A stretch of 64,000 bases of DNA from Escherichia coli (GCF_003334815.1 NZ_QOWO01000002.1), one strand, 5' to 3'. Shown: positions 51,401 to 64,000, counted from the first letter of the stretch. Made by a program: numbers and translations. The notes: generated from the letters alone by a model not told the origin.

Positions 51401-52312
51401 ATGCGACTATTTAACTGGCGACGTCAGGCGGTGTTAAACGCCATGCCACTGGTCAAACCTGACCAGGTACGTACACCGTGGCATGAATTCTGGCGACGAT
51501 TTCGCCGTCAGCATATGGCGATGACCGCCGCATTATTCGTTATTTTATTGATTGTGGTGGCCATTTTTGCACGCTGGATCGCTCCCTATGACGCCGAAAA
51601 TTATTTTGATTATGACAATCTGAATAACGGACCTTCTTTGCAGCACTGGTTTGGCGTCGATTCACTGGGGCGTGACATTTTCAGCCGTGTCCTGGTTGGT
51701 GCGCAAATCTCGCTGGCGGCGGGCGTGTTTGCCGTGTTTATCGGTGCGGCGATCGGGACGTTGCTGGGCTTGCTCGCTGGATATTATGAAGGCTGGTGGG
51801 ATCGGCTGATCATGCGCATTTGCGATGTGCTGTTTGCCTTCCCGGGTATTTTACTGGCGATCGCTGTTGTTGCGGTGTTGGGAAGCGGCATTGCTAACGT
51901 GATTATTGCAGTCGCCATTTTTTCCATCCCCGCGTTTGCCCGCCTGGTGCGCGGCAACACGCTGGTGTTGAAACAGCAAACCTTTATTGAGTCAGCACGC
52001 AGTATTGGTGCCAGCGATATGACCGTTTTGTTGCGTCATATCCTGCCTGGGACCGTCTCTTCTATCGTGGTGTTTTTCACCATGCGCATTGGTACCTCGA
52101 TTATCTCTGCCGCCAGCCTCTCATTTCTCGGCCTCGGTGCGCAGCCGCCGACACCAGAGTGGGGAGCAATGCTCAATGAGGCTCGAGCGGATATGGTTAT
52201 CGCGCCGCATGTCGCTGTTTTTCCGGCCCTGGCTATTTTTCTGACCGTACTGGCGTTCAATTTGTTGGGCGATGGTTTACGCGATGCGCTGGATCCGAAA
52301 ATTAAAGGATAG
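51401..52312 (+). CDS. gsiD: Glutathione ABC importer permease GsiD
   Basis: ORF track 303 aa. Confidence 0.9.
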
Positions 52313-52489
52313 TTACGTTTGAATATTGCTTGAAAGGGTAATCACCTCACAGGAAATTATTGCCCTAAGCAAGTGTTGTAACTTTCTGCTGATTTTGTAG
52401 AATCGGGTAATTTGGTTAAAAAGCCGCAGCAAGGGACAATTTTTGCAGCGGCACAGCGTTCAGATAGTTATTTTGTTAAATGTATTAAC

Positions 52490-54838
52490 ATGCTGAGTTT
52501 ATACGAAAAGATAAAGATAAGGCTGATAATTTTATTTTTATTGGCAGCACTGTCATTTATTGGTCTTTTTTTCATCATTAACTATCAACTGGTATCGGAG
52601 CGCGCGGTAAAACGTGCCGATAGCCGCTTTGAACTTATTCAGAAAAACGTTGGCTATTTCTTTAAAGATATTGAACGTTCGGCCCTGACATTAAAGGACT
52701 CACTGTATTTATTAAAAAATACAGAGGAGATTCAACGCGCCGTGATTCTTAAAATGGAAATGATGCCATTTTTAGACTCGGTGGGACTGGTACTTGATGA
52801 TAATAAATATTATCTTTTTTCGCGGAGGGCGAATGATAAAATCGTTGTTTATCATCAGGAACAAGTAAATGGACCGCTTGTCGACGAGTCAGGGCGGGTT
52901 ATTTTTGCCGATTTTAACCCATCGAAACGACCGTGGTCGGTGGCTTCAGATGACTCTAACAACAGCTGGAATCCGGCATACAATTGCTTTGATCGTCCGG
53001 GTAAAAAATGTATCTCTTTTACGCTACACATCAACGGCAAAGATCACGATTTGTTAGCGGTGGATAAAATTCATGTCGATTTAAACTGGCGATATCTGAA
53101 CGAGTATCTTGATCAAATCAGCGCTAATGATGAAGTTCTATTTTTGAAACAAGGCCATGAGATCATTGCCAAGAATCAACTCGCTCGTGAAAAACTGATT
53201 ATTTATAATAGCGAAGGTAATTATAATATTATTGATTCTGTCGATACTGAATATATCGAAAAAACATCAGCGGTGCCAAACAACGCATTATTCGAAATCT
53301 ATTTTTATTATCCTGGCGGTAATTTATTGAACGCATCAGATAAACTTTTTTATCTGCCGTTTGCGTTCATTATTATCGTATTGCTGGTGGTTTATTTAAT
53401 GACCACTCGTGTGTTCCGTCGGCAATTTTCTGAAATGACAGAGCTGGTTAATACGCTGGCGTTTTTGCCTGACTCAACGGATCAAATCGAGGCTCTGAAA
53501 ATTCGTGAAGGCGATGCGAAAGAGATTATCAGCATCAAAAATTCGATCGCGGAAATGAAAGATGCCGAAATTGAACGGTCAAATAAATTGCTCTCACTGA
53601 TCTCTTACGATCAGGAAAGTGGTTTTATTAAAAATATGGCGATTATTGAGTCTAACAATAATCAGTATCTGGCTGTGGGGATCATCAAACTGTGTGGTCT
53701 GGAAGCCGTGGAAGCGGTGTTTGGTGTTGATGAGCGCAATAAAATCGTCAGGAAATTGTGTCAGCGAATTGCCGAGAAATATGCGCAATGCTGCGATATC
53801 GTGACATTCAATGCCGATCTCTATTTACTTCTGTGTCGGGAAAATGTACAGACATTTACCCGTAAAATAGCGATGGTAAACGATTTTGACAGCAGCTTTG
53901 GCTACCGCAATCTGCGCATCCATAAGTCTGCCATTTGTGAACCTTTGCAGGGGGAAAACGCCTGGAGTTACGCAGAAAAACTGAAACTGGCGATTTCCAG
54001 TATCCGTGACCATATGTTCTCAGAGTTTATTTTCTGTGATGACGCGAAACTCAACGAAATAGAAGAGAATATCTGGATTGCGCGTAATATTCGCCATGCA
54101 ATGGAAATTGGCGAACTATTCCTCGTCTATCAACCGATCGTTGATATTAACACCCGCGCCATTCTGGGCGCGGAGGCGTTGTGCCGTTGGGTGTCTGCGG
54201 AGCGGGGGATCATTTCACCGCTGAAGTTCATTACCATTGCTGAAGATATCGGGTTTATCAATGAGCTGGGTTATCAGATTATTAAAACGGCAATGGGTGA
54301 ATTCAGACATTTTAGTCAGCGTGCGTCGCTGAAGGATGATTTCTTACTGCATATTAATGTTTCGCCCTGGCAGTTAAACGAACCACACTTTCATGAGCGT
54401 TTTACCACCATCATGAAAGAAAATGGCCTGAAGGCGAACAGCCTCTGTGTTGAGATCACTGAAACCGTGATCGAGCGAATTAATGAACATTTTTATCTCA
54501 ATATTGAACAACTGCGTAAACAAGGGGTACGGATATCGATTGATGACTTTGGCACCGGTTTGTCAAACCTGAAACGTTTTTATGAAATTAATCCAGACAG
54601 CATAAAGGTGGACTCGCAATTCACCGGCGATATTTTCGGTACTGCGGGAAAAATTGTGCGCATTATTTTCGACCTGGCACGCTATAACCGGATCCCGGTG
54701 ATTGCGGAAGGCGTAGAGAGCGAAGACGTTGCGCGCGAATTAATCAAATTAGGATGTGTTCAGGCTCAGGGGTATCTGTACCAGAAACCCATGCCATTCT
54801 CCGCCTGGGATAAAAGTGGAAAATTAGTAAAAGAGTAG
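52490..54838 (+). CDS. pdeI: c-di-GMP phosphodiesterase PdeI (YliE): periplasmic sensor domain + EAL domain
   Basis: ORF track 808 aa; start trimmed to [10 protein letters not shown] (782 aa); EAL motif (GAEALCRW); AT-rich. Confidence 0.85.
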   Translation: MLSLYEKIKIRLIILFLLAALSFIGLFFIINYQLVSERAVKRADSRFELIQKNVGYFFKDIERSALTLKDSLYLLKNTEEIQRAVILKMEMMPFLDSVGLVLDDNKYYLFSRRANDKIVVYHQEQVNGPLVDESGRVIFADFNPSKRPWSVASDDSNNSWNPAYNCFDRPGKKCISFTLHINGKDHDLLAVDKIHVDLNWRYLNEYLDQISANDEVLFLKQGHEIIAKNQLAREKLIIYNSEGNYNIIDSVDTEYIEKTSAVPNNALFEIYFYYPGGNLLNASDKLFYLPFAFIIIVLLVVYLMTTRVFRRQFSEMTELVNTLAFLPDSTDQIEALKIREGDAKEIISIKNSIAEMKDAEIERSNKLLSLISYDQESGFIKNMAIIESNNNQYLAVGIIKLCGLEAVEAVFGVDERNKIVRKLCQRIAEKYAQCCDIVTFNADLYLLLCRENVQTFTRKIAMVNDFDSSFGYRNLRIHKSAICEPLQGENAWSYAEKLKLAISSIRDHMFSEFIFCDDAKLNEIEENIWIARNIRHAMEIGELFLVYQPIVDINTRAILGAEALCRWVSAERGIISPLKFITIAEDIGFINELGYQIIKTAMGEFRHFSQRASLKDDFLLHINVSPWQLNEPHFHERFTTIMKENGLKANSLCVEITETVIERINEHFYLNIEQLRKQGVRISIDDFGTGLSNLKRFYEINPDSIKVDSQFTGDIFGTAGKIVRIIFDLARYNRIPVIAEGVESEDVARELIKLGCVQAQGYLYQKPMPFSAWDKSGKLVKE

Positions 54839-54845
54839 TTTACGT

Positions 54846-56174
54846 ATGTCCAGAATCAATAAGTTCGTACTTACAGTCAGTCTGCTGATTTTTATCATGA
54901 TTTCAGCAGTTGCCTGCGGGATCTACACTCAAATGGTAAAGGAACGGGTGTATAGCCTGAAACAGTCCGTTATTGATACTGCTTTTGCGGTGGCAAATAT
55001 TGCTGAATATCGGCGTAGCGTGGCAATTGATCTTATCAACACGCTAAATCCCACGGAGGAACAGCTGTTGGTTGGTTTGCGCACAGCTTACGCCGACTCG
55101 GTTTCCCCCTCTTATTTGTACGATGTCGGTCCTTATCTGATTTCCAGTGACGAATGTATTCAGGTAAAGGAGTTCGAGAAAAATTATTGTGCAGATATTA
55201 TGCAGGTTGTGAAGTATCGACATGTCAAAAATACAGGGTTTATCTCTTTTGACGGTAAAACCTTCGTCTATTACCTCTATCCGGTAACTCACAATCGTAG
55301 TCTGATATTTTTGCTTGGTCTGGAGCGTTTTTCTTTACTGTCAAAATCGCTGGCGATGGACAGCGAGAACCTGATGTTCTCTCTATTTAAGAACGGTAAA
55401 CCGGTGACCGGTGATGAATATAATGCTAAAAACGCCATCTTCACCGTTTCGGAAGCGATGGAGCACTTCGCCTATTTGCCGACCGGATTGTATGTATTTG
55501 CGTATAAAAAAGATGTTTATTTGCGGGTTTGTACATTGATTATTTTCTTTGCCGCATTGGTGGCAGTGATATCGGGTGCCAGTTGCCTCTATCTGGTACG
55601 CAGAGTGATTAATCGTGGTATTGTGGAGAAAGAAGCCATCATTAATAACCATTTTGAACGCGTACTGGATGGCGGGCTTTTCTTTTCGGCTGCCGATGTC
55701 AAAAAACTCTACAGTATGTATAACTCGGCGTTCCTGGACGACCTGACCAAAGCAATGGGCAGAAAATCCTTTGACGAAGATTTAAAAGCGCTGCCGGAAA
55801 AAGGCGGTTATTTGTGCCTGTTTGACGTCGATAAATTCAAAAACATTAACGACACCTTCGGTCATTTGCTGGGCGATGAAGTGTTGATGAAAGTGGTGAA
55901 AATCCTTAAATCACAGATCCCGGTAGATAAAGGTAAAGTCTACCGCTTCGGCGGTGACGAATTTGCGGTGATTTATACGGGTGGAACGCTGGAAGAGTTG
56001 CTATCGATTCTAAAAGAAATCGTTCATTTCCAGGTGGGAAGCATTAATTTAAGTACCAGTATCGGTGTAGCACATTCAAATGAATGTCCTACCGTCGAAC
56101 GCTTGAAAATGCTGGCGGATGAGCGGCTGTATAAGAGTAAGAAAAACGGCAGGGCACAGATTAGCTGGCAGTAA
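54846..56174 (+). CDS. dgcI: Diguanylate cyclase DgcI (YliF): periplasmic domain + GGDEF domain
   Basis: ORF track 442 aa; GGDEF motif ([10 protein letters not shown]); two TM segments; AT-rich. Confidence 0.9.
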   Translation: MSRINKFVLTVSLLIFIMISAVACGIYTQMVKERVYSLKQSVIDTAFAVANIAEYRRSVAIDLINTLNPTEEQLLVGLRTAYADSVSPSYLYDVGPYLISSDECIQVKEFEKNYCADIMQVVKYRHVKNTGFISFDGKTFVYYLYPVTHNRSLIFLLGLERFSLLSKSLAMDSENLMFSLFKNGKPVTGDEYNAKNAIFTVSEAMEHFAYLPTGLYVFAYKKDVYLRVCTLIIFFAALVAVISGASCLYLVRRVINRGIVEKEAIINNHFERVLDGGLFFSAADVKKLYSMYNSAFLDDLTKAMGRKSFDEDLKALPEKGGYLCLFDVDKFKNINDTFGHLLGDEVLMKVVKILKSQIPVDKGKVYRFGGDEFAVIYTGGTLEELLSILKEIVHFQVGSINLSTSIGVAHSNECPTVERLKMLADERLYKSKKNGRAQISWQ

Positions 56175-56220
56175 TCATTATTCGCAGGCCGGACAAATGA
56201 TTTTGCCCGGCCTGAATTAA

Positions 56221-57546
56221 TTAAACCCGGCTACCCCACAAATCGTACTCATCGGCGTGCTCGACTTTCACACGCAGGATATCACCCGGCTTAACGTTGG
56301 TTTCACCATTGAGATAAACCGCGCCGTCGATTTCCGGTGCATCTGCCATGCTGCGACCAATCGCGCCTTCTTCGTCCACTTCGTCGATAATCACCAGAAT
56401 TTCACGGCCCACTTTCTCTTGCAGGCGCTCGGCGGAAATCTGCTGCTGCAGCTGCATGAAACGGTTCCAGCGTTCTTCTTTAACTTCTTCCGGAACCTGG
56501 TCAGGCAGGGCATTGGCGTCTGCACCTTCAACCGGGCTGTATTTAAAGCAGCCAACGCGATCCAGACGCGCTTCTTTCAGGAAGTCGAGTAGCATCTGGA
56601 AATCTTCTTCTGTCTCGCCAGGGAAGCCGACAATAAAGGTTGAGCGTAGGGTCAGTTCCGGGCAGATTTCGCGCCACTGTTTGATGCGCGCCAGTTGGCG
56701 ATCTACAGAACCCGGACGCTTCATCAGTTTGAGAATGCGCGGGCTGGCGTGCTGCAACGGAATGTCCAGATACGGCAGGATTTTGCCTTCTGCCATCAGT
56801 GGGATGACGTCGTCCACATGCGGATAAGGGTAAACGTAGTGCAGACGTGTCCAGATCCCCAGTTTCGATAACTGTTCGCACAGGCTGACCATGCTGGTTT
56901 TTACCGGCTCGCCGTTGTGGAAGCCAGTACGATGTTTAACATCAACGCCATAGGCGGAAGTATCCTGCGAGATCACCAGAATCTCTTTAACGCCCGCATC
57001 TACCAGACGTTTCGCTTCACTTAACACTTCGCCAATCGGACGGCTCACCAGGTCGCCGCGCATAGACGGAATAATGCAGAAGGTGCAGCGGTGATTACAG
57101 CCTTCAGAAATTTTCAGATAGGCATAATGACGCGGCGTCAGTTTCACACCTTGTTCTGGCACCAGGCTCAGGAATGGGTTGTGTTTCGGTTTTGGCACGT
57201 AGTGATGAACGTGCTCCAGAACCTGCTCATAGCTATGAGGCCCGGTGATTTCCAGCACTTTCGGGTGGACTTCGCGGATCTGATCTTCTTTTGCCCCCAG
57301 ACAACCGGTCACAATAACCTTGCCGTTTTCATTCAACGCTTCACCAATGGCTTCCAGTGATTCTTGTACCGCGCTGTCAATAAAGCCGCAGGTGTTGACG
57401 ATCACCATGTCCGCATCGTCATAGCTCGGTACCACGTCATAACCTTCAGTGCGGAGTTCGGTGAGAATACGCTCTGAATCAACAAGGTTTTTCGGACAGC
57501 CAAGGGAAACAAAGCCGATTTTCGGCTGGGGAGTTACTTTGCTCAT
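56221..57546 (-). CDS. rimO: Ribosomal protein S12 methylthiotransferase RimO (radical SAM)
   Basis: ORF track 441 aa; CxxxCxxC (CNHRCTFC), TRAM domain. Confidence 0.95.
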
Positions 57547-57758
57547 AGCTTAAAAAATATTCAGTTACAGGAAAGGTCAGGGCAGGGATTCTACAGAGTT
57601 CTGGATAAAATTTGTATCGCAATCTCATTCGCTGGCGGAGGCGAAGGAAATGTAAATTTTGTTAATTCGGCGTGAAGAATTGATCCTGGACAGCATTTTG
57701 CTCAAAAAATAGCCATACTATTTAATTGCAACAAGGCTGGGAAGAGGAGGATCGAAGT

Positions 57759-58142
57759 ATGTTCGTTGACAGACAGCGAATCGATCTGCTGAACCGGTTG
57801 ATCGACGCACGCGTTGACCTCGCCGCATACGTGCAACTGAGGAAGGCAAAAGGATACATGTCCGTCAGCGAAAGCAATCATCTACGAGATAACTTTTTTA
57901 AACTGAATCGCGAACTGCACGATAAATCGCTGCGGTTGAATCTTCATCTGGATCAGGAAGAGTGGAGTGCTCTTCATCATGCTGAAGAAGCATTAGCGAC
58001 AGCCGCAGTATGTTTGATGAGTGGGCACCATGATTGCCCGACTGTTATTACCGTCAACGCCGATAAGCTTGAAAATTGTCTGATGAGCTTAACGCTGAGT
58101 ATCCAGAGCCTGCAGAAGCACGCCATGCTTGAGAAGGCCTGA
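57759..58142 (+). CDS. bssR: Biofilm regulator BssR (YliH)
   Basis: ORF track 138 aa; start trimmed to MFVDRQRIDL (127 aa). Confidence 0.85.
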   Translation: MFVDRQRIDLLNRLIDARVDLAAYVQLRKAKGYMSVSESNHLRDNFFKLNRELHDKSLRLNLHLDQEEWSALHHAEEALATAAVCLMSGHHDCPTVITVNADKLENCLMSLTLSIQSLQKHAMLEKA

Positions 58143-58148
58143 AAACTA

Positions 58149-58185
58149 AGGGGGAGAAAGCGTCTCCCCCTTCATGTTTAAGTTT
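58149..58185 (+). terminator. Intrinsic terminator after bssR
   Basis: GGGGGAGA-AAGCG-TCTCCCCC hairpin followed by T-rich run. Confidence 0.75.
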
Positions 58186-58252
58186 TTGTAAAAATGAATT
58201 TGTTATCTCCTCCACTGACTACGCTTTAAGCCAGAGTCAATCCGGAGGCGTT

Positions 58253-59368
58253 ATGCATCGACAATCCTTTTTCCTTGTGCCCCTTATTTGTCTTTCTTCC
58301 GCTCTCTGGGCGGCTCCTGCAACGGTAAATGTCGAAGTACTGCAAGACAAACTCGACCATCCCTGGGCACTGGCCTTTTTACCCGATAATCACGGTATGT
58401 TAATCACTCTGCGCGGCGGCGAGTTGCGTCACTGGCAAGCAGGAAAAGGATTATCTGCGCCGCTTTCCGGAGTTCCGGACGTTTGGGCGCACGGGCAGGG
58501 CGGCCTGCTGGACGTGGTTTTAGCGCCTGATTTTGCTCAGTCTCGCCGCATCTGGTTAAGTTATTCCGAAGTTGGCGATGATGGCAAAGCCGGAACTGCT
58601 GTGGGTTATGGCCGCTTAAGTGATGATCTCTCAAAAGTGACCGACTTCCGCACCGTCTTTCGCCAGATGCCAAAACTGTCTACCGGCAACCATTTTGGCG
58701 GGCGGCTGGTATTCGACGGTAAAGGTTATCTTTTTATTGCTCTGGGCGAAAACAATCAGCGCCCGACGGCGCAGGATCTGGATAAATTACAGGGCAAACT
58801 GGTGCGTCTGACCGACCAGGGCGAAATCCCGGATGATAATCCTTTTATAAAGGAATCCGGTGCGCGCGCCGAGATCTGGTCTTATGGCATTCGTAATCCG
58901 CAAGGAATGGCGATGAATCCGTGGAGTAATGCACTGTGGCTGAATGAACATGGCCCGCGCGGTGGTGATGAAATTAATATCCCGCAAAAAGGCAAAAACT
59001 ACGGCTGGCCGCTGGCAACCTGGGGAATCAACTATTCAGGCTTTAAGATACCGGAAGCGAAAGGGGAGATCGTCGCCGGGACCGAGCAACCTGTTTTTTA
59101 CTGGAAAGATTCGCCCGCTGTGAGCGGCATGGCCTTCTATAACAGCGATAAATTCCCCCAGTGGCAGCAAAAATTATTTATTGGCGCGCTGAAAGATAAA
59201 GATGTCATTGTGATGAGCGTCAACGGCGACAAAGTGACAGAAGATGGCCGTATTTTAACGGACAGAGGGCAGCGAATTCGTGATGTTCGCACTGGACCCG
59301 ACGGTTATTTATACGTTCTCACCGACGAGTCCAGTGGGGAATTACTTAAAGTTAGCCCACGCAATTAG
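58253..59368 (+). CDS. yliI: PQQ-dependent soluble aldose sugar dehydrogenase YliI
   Basis: ORF track 371 aa; signal peptide. Confidence 0.9.
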
Positions 59369-59991
59369 CTAACGGGAATCATCACCACTTTGCGCACTGC
59401 GGGGCGTTCAGTGAGTTGCTGATACCAGCGTTGCAGATTTGGACGCGGTGTCCAGGTCAGGCCAACGTTAAACAAATTGTAGATGAACGGTGCGATAGCG
59501 ATATCGCCCACACCAAACTCGTCGCCAGAGAACCATTTTACTTTTGCCAGTTCCGCATCGAGCAGGGCAAACAGGGCGTCGCACTCTTTGCAACTGGCAT
59601 CAATGGCGGCCTGATCGCGCTCTTCCGGTGGTGTTCTGACTAATCCCATCAGGATCCCGCGATGAGCATTACTGAGCGTCTGGTTTGCCCAGTCCATCCA
59701 TTTTTCCGCTTCCGCACGACGTGCCGGTGAGTCGATCCACAGGCGTTTTTGCCCGTACTGTGCCGCCAGATAGCGGACAATGGCGTTTGATTCCCAAAGA
59801 ATGAGATCACTTTCGTCGTCACGCAACAACGGCACCAGCCCGTTAGGGTTCATCGCCAGAAAATCAGCATCGTGATTTATCCCAAACTCACGGCCCGCGA
59901 GAATTTGCTCATAAGGTAGTTCCAGTTCTTCGAGCGTCAGCAATACTTTTTTTACGTTAGTTGAATTATTCCGACCCCACAGCGTAATCAT
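59365..59991 (-). CDS. gstB: Glutathione S-transferase GstB (YliJ)
   Basis: ORF track 210 aa; start trimmed to [10 protein letters not shown] (208 aa). Confidence 0.9.
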
Positions 59992-60236
59992 ACTCACCCC
60001 TTTTCCGACAGGCAGCCACAGGCTGAACAGGACTCCGATGGTGAAGTAAAGTTAACTTTTAAGCAACAGCTGGCAAAAAAATGACACCAGAAGCAGCGAA
60101 GCGGCAGGATATTGCATAAACTTTAAAAACTTTACCAACTTACGGTTTCTTTAAGTTTGTGTGTGCGTTATTAATCACCAAACTTATCATACGGCGATAT
60201 AACGTATTTTTTTGAATGGATACTCGGGTGGCATTT

Positions 60237-61439
60237 ATGACGCAATACTCCTCTCTCCTTCGTGGTCTTGCAGCGGGTTCTGCATTTTTATTCCTTTTTG
60301 CCCCAACGGCATTCGCGGCGGAACAAACCGTTGAAGCGCCGAGCGTGGATGCGCGTGCATGGATTTTAATGGATTACGCCAGCGGTAAAGTGCTGGCAGA
60401 AGGCAATGCGGATGAGAAACTGGATCCCGCGAGCCTGACTAAAATCATGACCAGCTATGTGGTTGGGCAGGCGCTTAAGGCCGATAAGATTAAACTCACC
60501 GATATGGTGACGGTCGGTAAAGATGCCTGGGCGACGGGAAATCCGGCACTGCGTGGTTCATCGGTAATGTTCCTCAAACCGGGCGATCAGGTTTCGGTGG
60601 CAGACTTGAACAAAGGTGTGATTATCCAGTCCGGTAATGACGCCTGTATTGCGCTGGCTGATTACGTTGCCGGGAGCCAGGAGTCATTTATTGGTCTGAT
60701 GAATGGTTATGCCAAAAAACTGGGTCTGACCAACACTACCTTCCAGACGGTGCACGGCCTGGATGCGCCGGGGCAGTTCAGCACCGCGCGCGATATGGCA
60801 TTGCTGGGTAAAGCATTGATCCACGATGTGCCGGAAGAGTACGCCATTCATAAAGAGAAAGAGTTCACCTTCAACAAAATTCGTCAGCCTAACCGTAACC
60901 GTCTGCTGTGGAGCAGCAATCTGAATGTTGATGGCATGAAGACAGGAACCACGGCAGGCGCGGGATATAATCTGGTTGCTTCGGCTACCCAGGGCGATAT
61001 GCGTTTAATCTCCGTAGTGTTGGGGGCGAAAACCGACCGTATCCGTTTTAATGAGTCTGAGAAATTATTGACCTGGGGTTTCCGCTTCTTTGAAACCGTG
61101 ACGCCAATTAAACCTGATGCCACCTTTGTGACTCAGCGCGTCTGGTTTGGTGATAAGAGCGAAGTGAATCTCGGGGCAGGTGAAGCGGGCTCAGTGACCA
61201 TACCGCGTGGGCAGCTGAAAAACCTGAAAGCGAGTTATACGTTAACGGAACCGCAGCTTACCGCACCGCTGAAAAAAGGTCAGGTTGTCGGGACCATTGA
61301 TTTCCAGCTTAACGGTAAATCCATTGAGCAGCGTCCGCTGATCGTGATGGAAAATGTGGAAGAGGGCGGATTCTTTGGTCGGGTGTGGGATTTCGTGATG
61401 ATGAAATTCCATCAGTGGTTCGGCAGCTGGTTCTCTTAA
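60237..61439 (+). CDS. dacC: D-alanyl-D-alanine carboxypeptidase DacC (PBP6)
   Basis: ORF track 407 aa; start trimmed to [10 protein letters not shown] (400 aa); SxxK (SLTK), SGN, KTG motifs. Confidence 0.95.
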   Translation: MTQYSSLLRGLAAGSAFLFLFAPTAFAAEQTVEAPSVDARAWILMDYASGKVLAEGNADEKLDPASLTKIMTSYVVGQALKADKIKLTDMVTVGKDAWATGNPALRGSSVMFLKPGDQVSVADLNKGVIIQSGNDACIALADYVAGSQESFIGLMNGYAKKLGLTNTTFQTVHGLDAPGQFSTARDMALLGKALIHDVPEEYAIHKEKEFTFNKIRQPNRNRLLWSSNLNVDGMKTGTTAGAGYNLVASATQGDMRLISVVLGAKTDRIRFNESEKLLTWGFRFFETVTPIKPDATFVTQRVWFGDKSEVNLGAGEAGSVTIPRGQLKNLKASYTLTEPQLTAPLKKGQVVGTIDFQLNGKSIEQRPLIVMENVEEGGFFGRVWDFVMMKFHQWFGSWFS

Positions 61440-61485
61440 TCTTCTGATAACCGGATGGCGCGAAACGTCATCCGGTTATACGTCA

Positions 61486-62244
61486 TTAATACATCAACTT
61501 AATGCGCTGCGTCTGCGCGTACTTCACATACTCATCTTCCGGGCAACAATCGCTCACCACAATATCAAAGCGTTTCAGGTCACCCATGCGCGCCGGACGC
61601 ACCTTGCCAAATTTACTGTGGTCGACAACCAGCACATGCTTTTGCGCCATCGACATGGCCCAGTGTTTTACCGGCAACTCTTCAAGATTAAAACAGGTAG
61701 CGCCTTTACTGACATGCACGCCCGCCGCAGAATAAAAAGCGATATCCGGGCAAAAATTATTCAGCGTTTGCTGAAAATCGATGGGTTTGAAAATGGCGTT
61801 GCTGGCGTGAAATTCACCACCGCAAAGAAACGCGCGGCAATGGGGTTTCTCTTTCAGCGCCAGAAAGGTATTTAGCGAATAACAAACGGCGGTAAAAGGG
61901 ATTTCATTATCAATCGCTTCAATAATCCACGGCGTGGTGGTGCCACAGTCAAAAAAGAGGGTCTGATCGGGTTCTACCAGCGTCGCAGCCAGTTTTGCCG
62001 CCCGGCGTTTTTCTTCCACCAGGCGGGATTTTTGATCGCTTAACAGGTAATGGCTGGCACTGCGCGGTTCCAGAACAATATAGCCGCCGAGCAAAACGAC
62101 GGGCGCACTGTGGTTGTTCAGATCGCGACGAATCGTCATCTCCGAAACCCCAAGCAGGGCGGCGGCGTCTTTAAGATGTAACTTATCGCTGCGTTTTAAT
62201 TCTTGCAGCAGCTGCCCGATACGCTCTTCGCGACGTGTTTCCAT
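61486..62244 (-). CDS. deoR: DeoR transcriptional repressor of deoxyribonucleoside catabolism
   Basis: ORF track 252 aa; N-terminal HTH plus DeoR C-terminal domain. Confidence 0.9.
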   Translation of the reverse strand: METRREERIGQLLQELKRSDKLHLKDAAALLGVSEMTIRRDLNNHSAPVVLLGGYIVLEPRSASHYLLSDQKSRLVEEKRRAAKLAATLVEPDQTLFFDCGTTTPWIIEAIDNEIPFTAVCYSLNTFLALKEKPHCRAFLCGGEFHASNAIFKPIDFQQTLNNFCPDIAFYSAAGVHVSKGATCFNLEELPVKHWAMSMAQKHVLVVDHSKFGKVRPARMGDLKRFDIVVSDCCPEDEYVKYAQTQRIKLMY

Positions 62245-62301
62245 AATCCCTCTGAATAGTTATTGAAGCGAGCCGCTCAATACTACACTTTTTAGCAGAG
62301 A

Positions 62302-62898
62302 TCAGTCACGCACCCAGCCTTTGCGGATCGGTAATGCAAAACAGACGCGATACCACGATTGCAGACGTTGATAGAGTTTATGCCCCATCGCTTGCCAGAT
62401 AATCTGGGCACTAAGGCAGCCAATCATACCTGCCAGCAATCCACCGAGCATATCCAGCGGCCAGTGGACGCCAAGATAAACGCGCGACCAGGCAATGACG
62501 ACGGCCAGCACCATTAAAAGTGAGCCGGACCACAGGCGATGCCAGCATAAAAATGCCAGTGCAAAGGTGAAAATCACCGTACCGTGATCGCTTGGGAATG
62601 AGTCATCCGCCGCATGATGCAGGAAGTTATAGCCGATATTTTCGACAAAGGGTCGGTCGTGCGGAAAAAGATGTCCCATCGTCCAGGACACAAACAGGCT
62701 GACCGCCAGCGCGATAGCGATTTTTATCACCAGTTGCCGTTGTGCTGTAAGCCCCCACAACCAAAGTACCACGGCCAGCAACGGCACCACGGTAATCAAA
62801 TCTTTAGCAATAAAAATCGCCAACGAGATCATCCACGGAGCCGAGTCTGGCGTCGCGTTAATAAGAGAGAATAGAGAGAGATTCAAATTTTCCAGCAT
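62302..62898 (-). CDS. ybjG: Undecaprenyl-diphosphate phosphatase YbjG (PAP2 family)
   Basis: ORF track 203 aa; start trimmed to MLENLNLSLF (198 aa); PAP2 motifs (PSDH, SRVYLGVHWP). Confidence 0.9.
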   Translation of the reverse strand: MLENLNLSLFSLINATPDSAPWMISLAIFIAKDLITVVPLLAVVLWLWGLTAQRQLVIKIAIALAVSLFVSWTMGHLFPHDRPFVENIGYNFLHHAADDSFPSDHGTVIFTFALAFLCWHRLWSGSLLMVLAVVIAWSRVYLGVHWPLDMLGGLLAGMIGCLSAQIIWQAMGHKLYQRLQSWYRVCFALPIRKGWVRD

Positions 62899-63182
62899 AA
62901 CTTCCCGACGCAAAGTGATTAAAAGGGAGCCAATACAGGCAAGTCGTTGAGAATAAAGTGCAGGTTAAACTGGGTAAAGCGGCATCGTCTTATTTCCCTC
63001 AAGCGGCCTGTTTACGGTGGGTGATTGTAACGGGCATAGGTTAAATAAAACTTAAAGAAAGCGTAGCTATACTCGTAATAATGTAAGAATGTGCTTAACC
63101 GTGGTTTCAGCTACAAAATTCGCTTTCTCGTTAGCTGCGCTTTTATTAAACTCTGCGCGATTATTATTGGCGAAGAAATTGC

Positions 63183-64000
63183 ATGCAAAATAAATTAGCT
63201 TCCGGTGCCAGGCTTGGACGTCAGGCGTTACTTTTCCCTCTCTGTCTGGTGCTTTACGAATTTTCAACCTATATCGGCAACGATATGATTCAACCCGGTA
63301 TGTTGGCCGTGGTGGAACAATATCAGGCGGGCATTGATTGGGTTCCTACTTCGATGACCGCGTATCTGGCGGGCGGGATGTTTTTACAATGGCTGCTGGG
63401 GCCGCTGTCGGATCGTATTGGTCGCCGTCCGGTGATGCTGGCGGGAGTGGTGTGGTTTATCGTCACCTGTCTGGCAATATTGCTGGCGCAAAACATTGAA
63501 CAATTCACCCTGTTGCGCTTCTTGCAGGGCATAAGCCTCTGTTTCATTGGCGCTGTGGGATACGCCGCAATTCAGGAATCCTTCGAAGAGGCGGTTTGTA
63601 TCAAGATCACCGCGCTGATGGCGAACGTGGCGCTGATTGCTCCGCTACTTGGTCCGCTGGTGGGCGCGGCGTGGATCCATGTGCTGCCCTGGGAGGGGAT
63701 GTTTGTTTTGTTTGCCGCATTGGCAGCGATCTCCTTTTTCGGTCTGCAACGAGCCATGCCTGAAACCGCCACGCGTATAGGCGAGAAACTGTCACTGAAA
63801 GAACTCGGTCGTGACTATAAGCTGGTGCTGAAGAACGGCCGCTTTGTGGCGGGGGCGCTGGCGCTGGGATTCGTTAGTCTGCCGTTGCTGGCGTGGATCG
63901 CCCAGTCGCCGATTATCATCATTACCGGCGAGCAGTTGAGCAGCTATGAATATGGCTTGCTGCAAGTGCCTATTTTCGGGGCGTTAATTGCGGGTAACTT
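63183..64000 (+). CDS. mdfA: MFS multidrug efflux pump MdfA (Cmr), 3' end truncated by window
   Basis: Manual translation from ATG at 63183: [40 protein letters not shown]...; continues to window end. Confidence 0.9.

Noticed and set aside
56176-56220. Hairpin between dgcI and rimO as a bidirectional terminator
   Set aside because: The stem (CAGGCCGG/CCGGCCTG) has a 14-nt loop and lacks clear flanking T-tracts; too weak to call confidently.
61449-61482. 11-bp inverted repeat (ATAACCGGATG/CATCCGGTTAT) between dacC and deoR as a terminator
   Set aside because: No adjacent U-tract on either strand; could be a REP-like palindrome instead, left uncalled.

Overview
This window reads as a contiguous ~64 kb stretch of Escherichia coli K-12-type core chromosome, and I do not find a new or foreign system in it. 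Identification rests on ORF sizes, gene order and motifs readable in the supplied translations, matched to E. coli annotation from memory; no database search or alignment was run. Gene order: ybhM, ybhN-clsB-ybhP, ybhQ, ybhRSFG-cecR, rhlE, ybiA, dinG-ybiB, hcxB(ybiC), ybiJ, ybiI-ybiX-fiu, mcbA, rlmF, ybiO, glnQPH, dps, rhtA, ompX, opgE, mntS, mntR-ybiR, ldtB, ybiT, ybiU, ybiV, ybiW-ybiY, fsaA, moeBA, iaaA-gsiABCD, pdeI, dgcI, rimO, bssR, yliI, gstB, dacC, deoR, ybjG, mdfA (3' truncated). I call 56 protein-coding genes, one of which (mntS, 42 aa) is below the ORF-track cutoff and was found by manual translation. Many ORF-track starts are upstream extensions and were trimmed to starts that match the annotated protein lengths as I remember them. 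Non-coding features are REP/RIP repeat clusters, a boxC-like repeat, several intrinsic terminators and a few operator/promoter sites (LexA, Fur, MntR, sigma54/NtrC). I see no transposase, integrase, phage gene, CRISPR array, tRNA or rRNA. The most under-explored parts are (i) the ybiU-ybiV-ybiW-ybiY cluster, a glycyl-radical enzyme with eliminase-type active-site motif, its activase, a HAD phosphatase and a DUF1479 protein; (ii) mntR-ybiR coupling; (iii) the ybhP-clsB-ybhN lipid operon; (iv) the Fur-controlled fiu-ybiX-ybiI unit; (v) the AT-rich pdeI-dgcI pair. All findings are modest in novelty.
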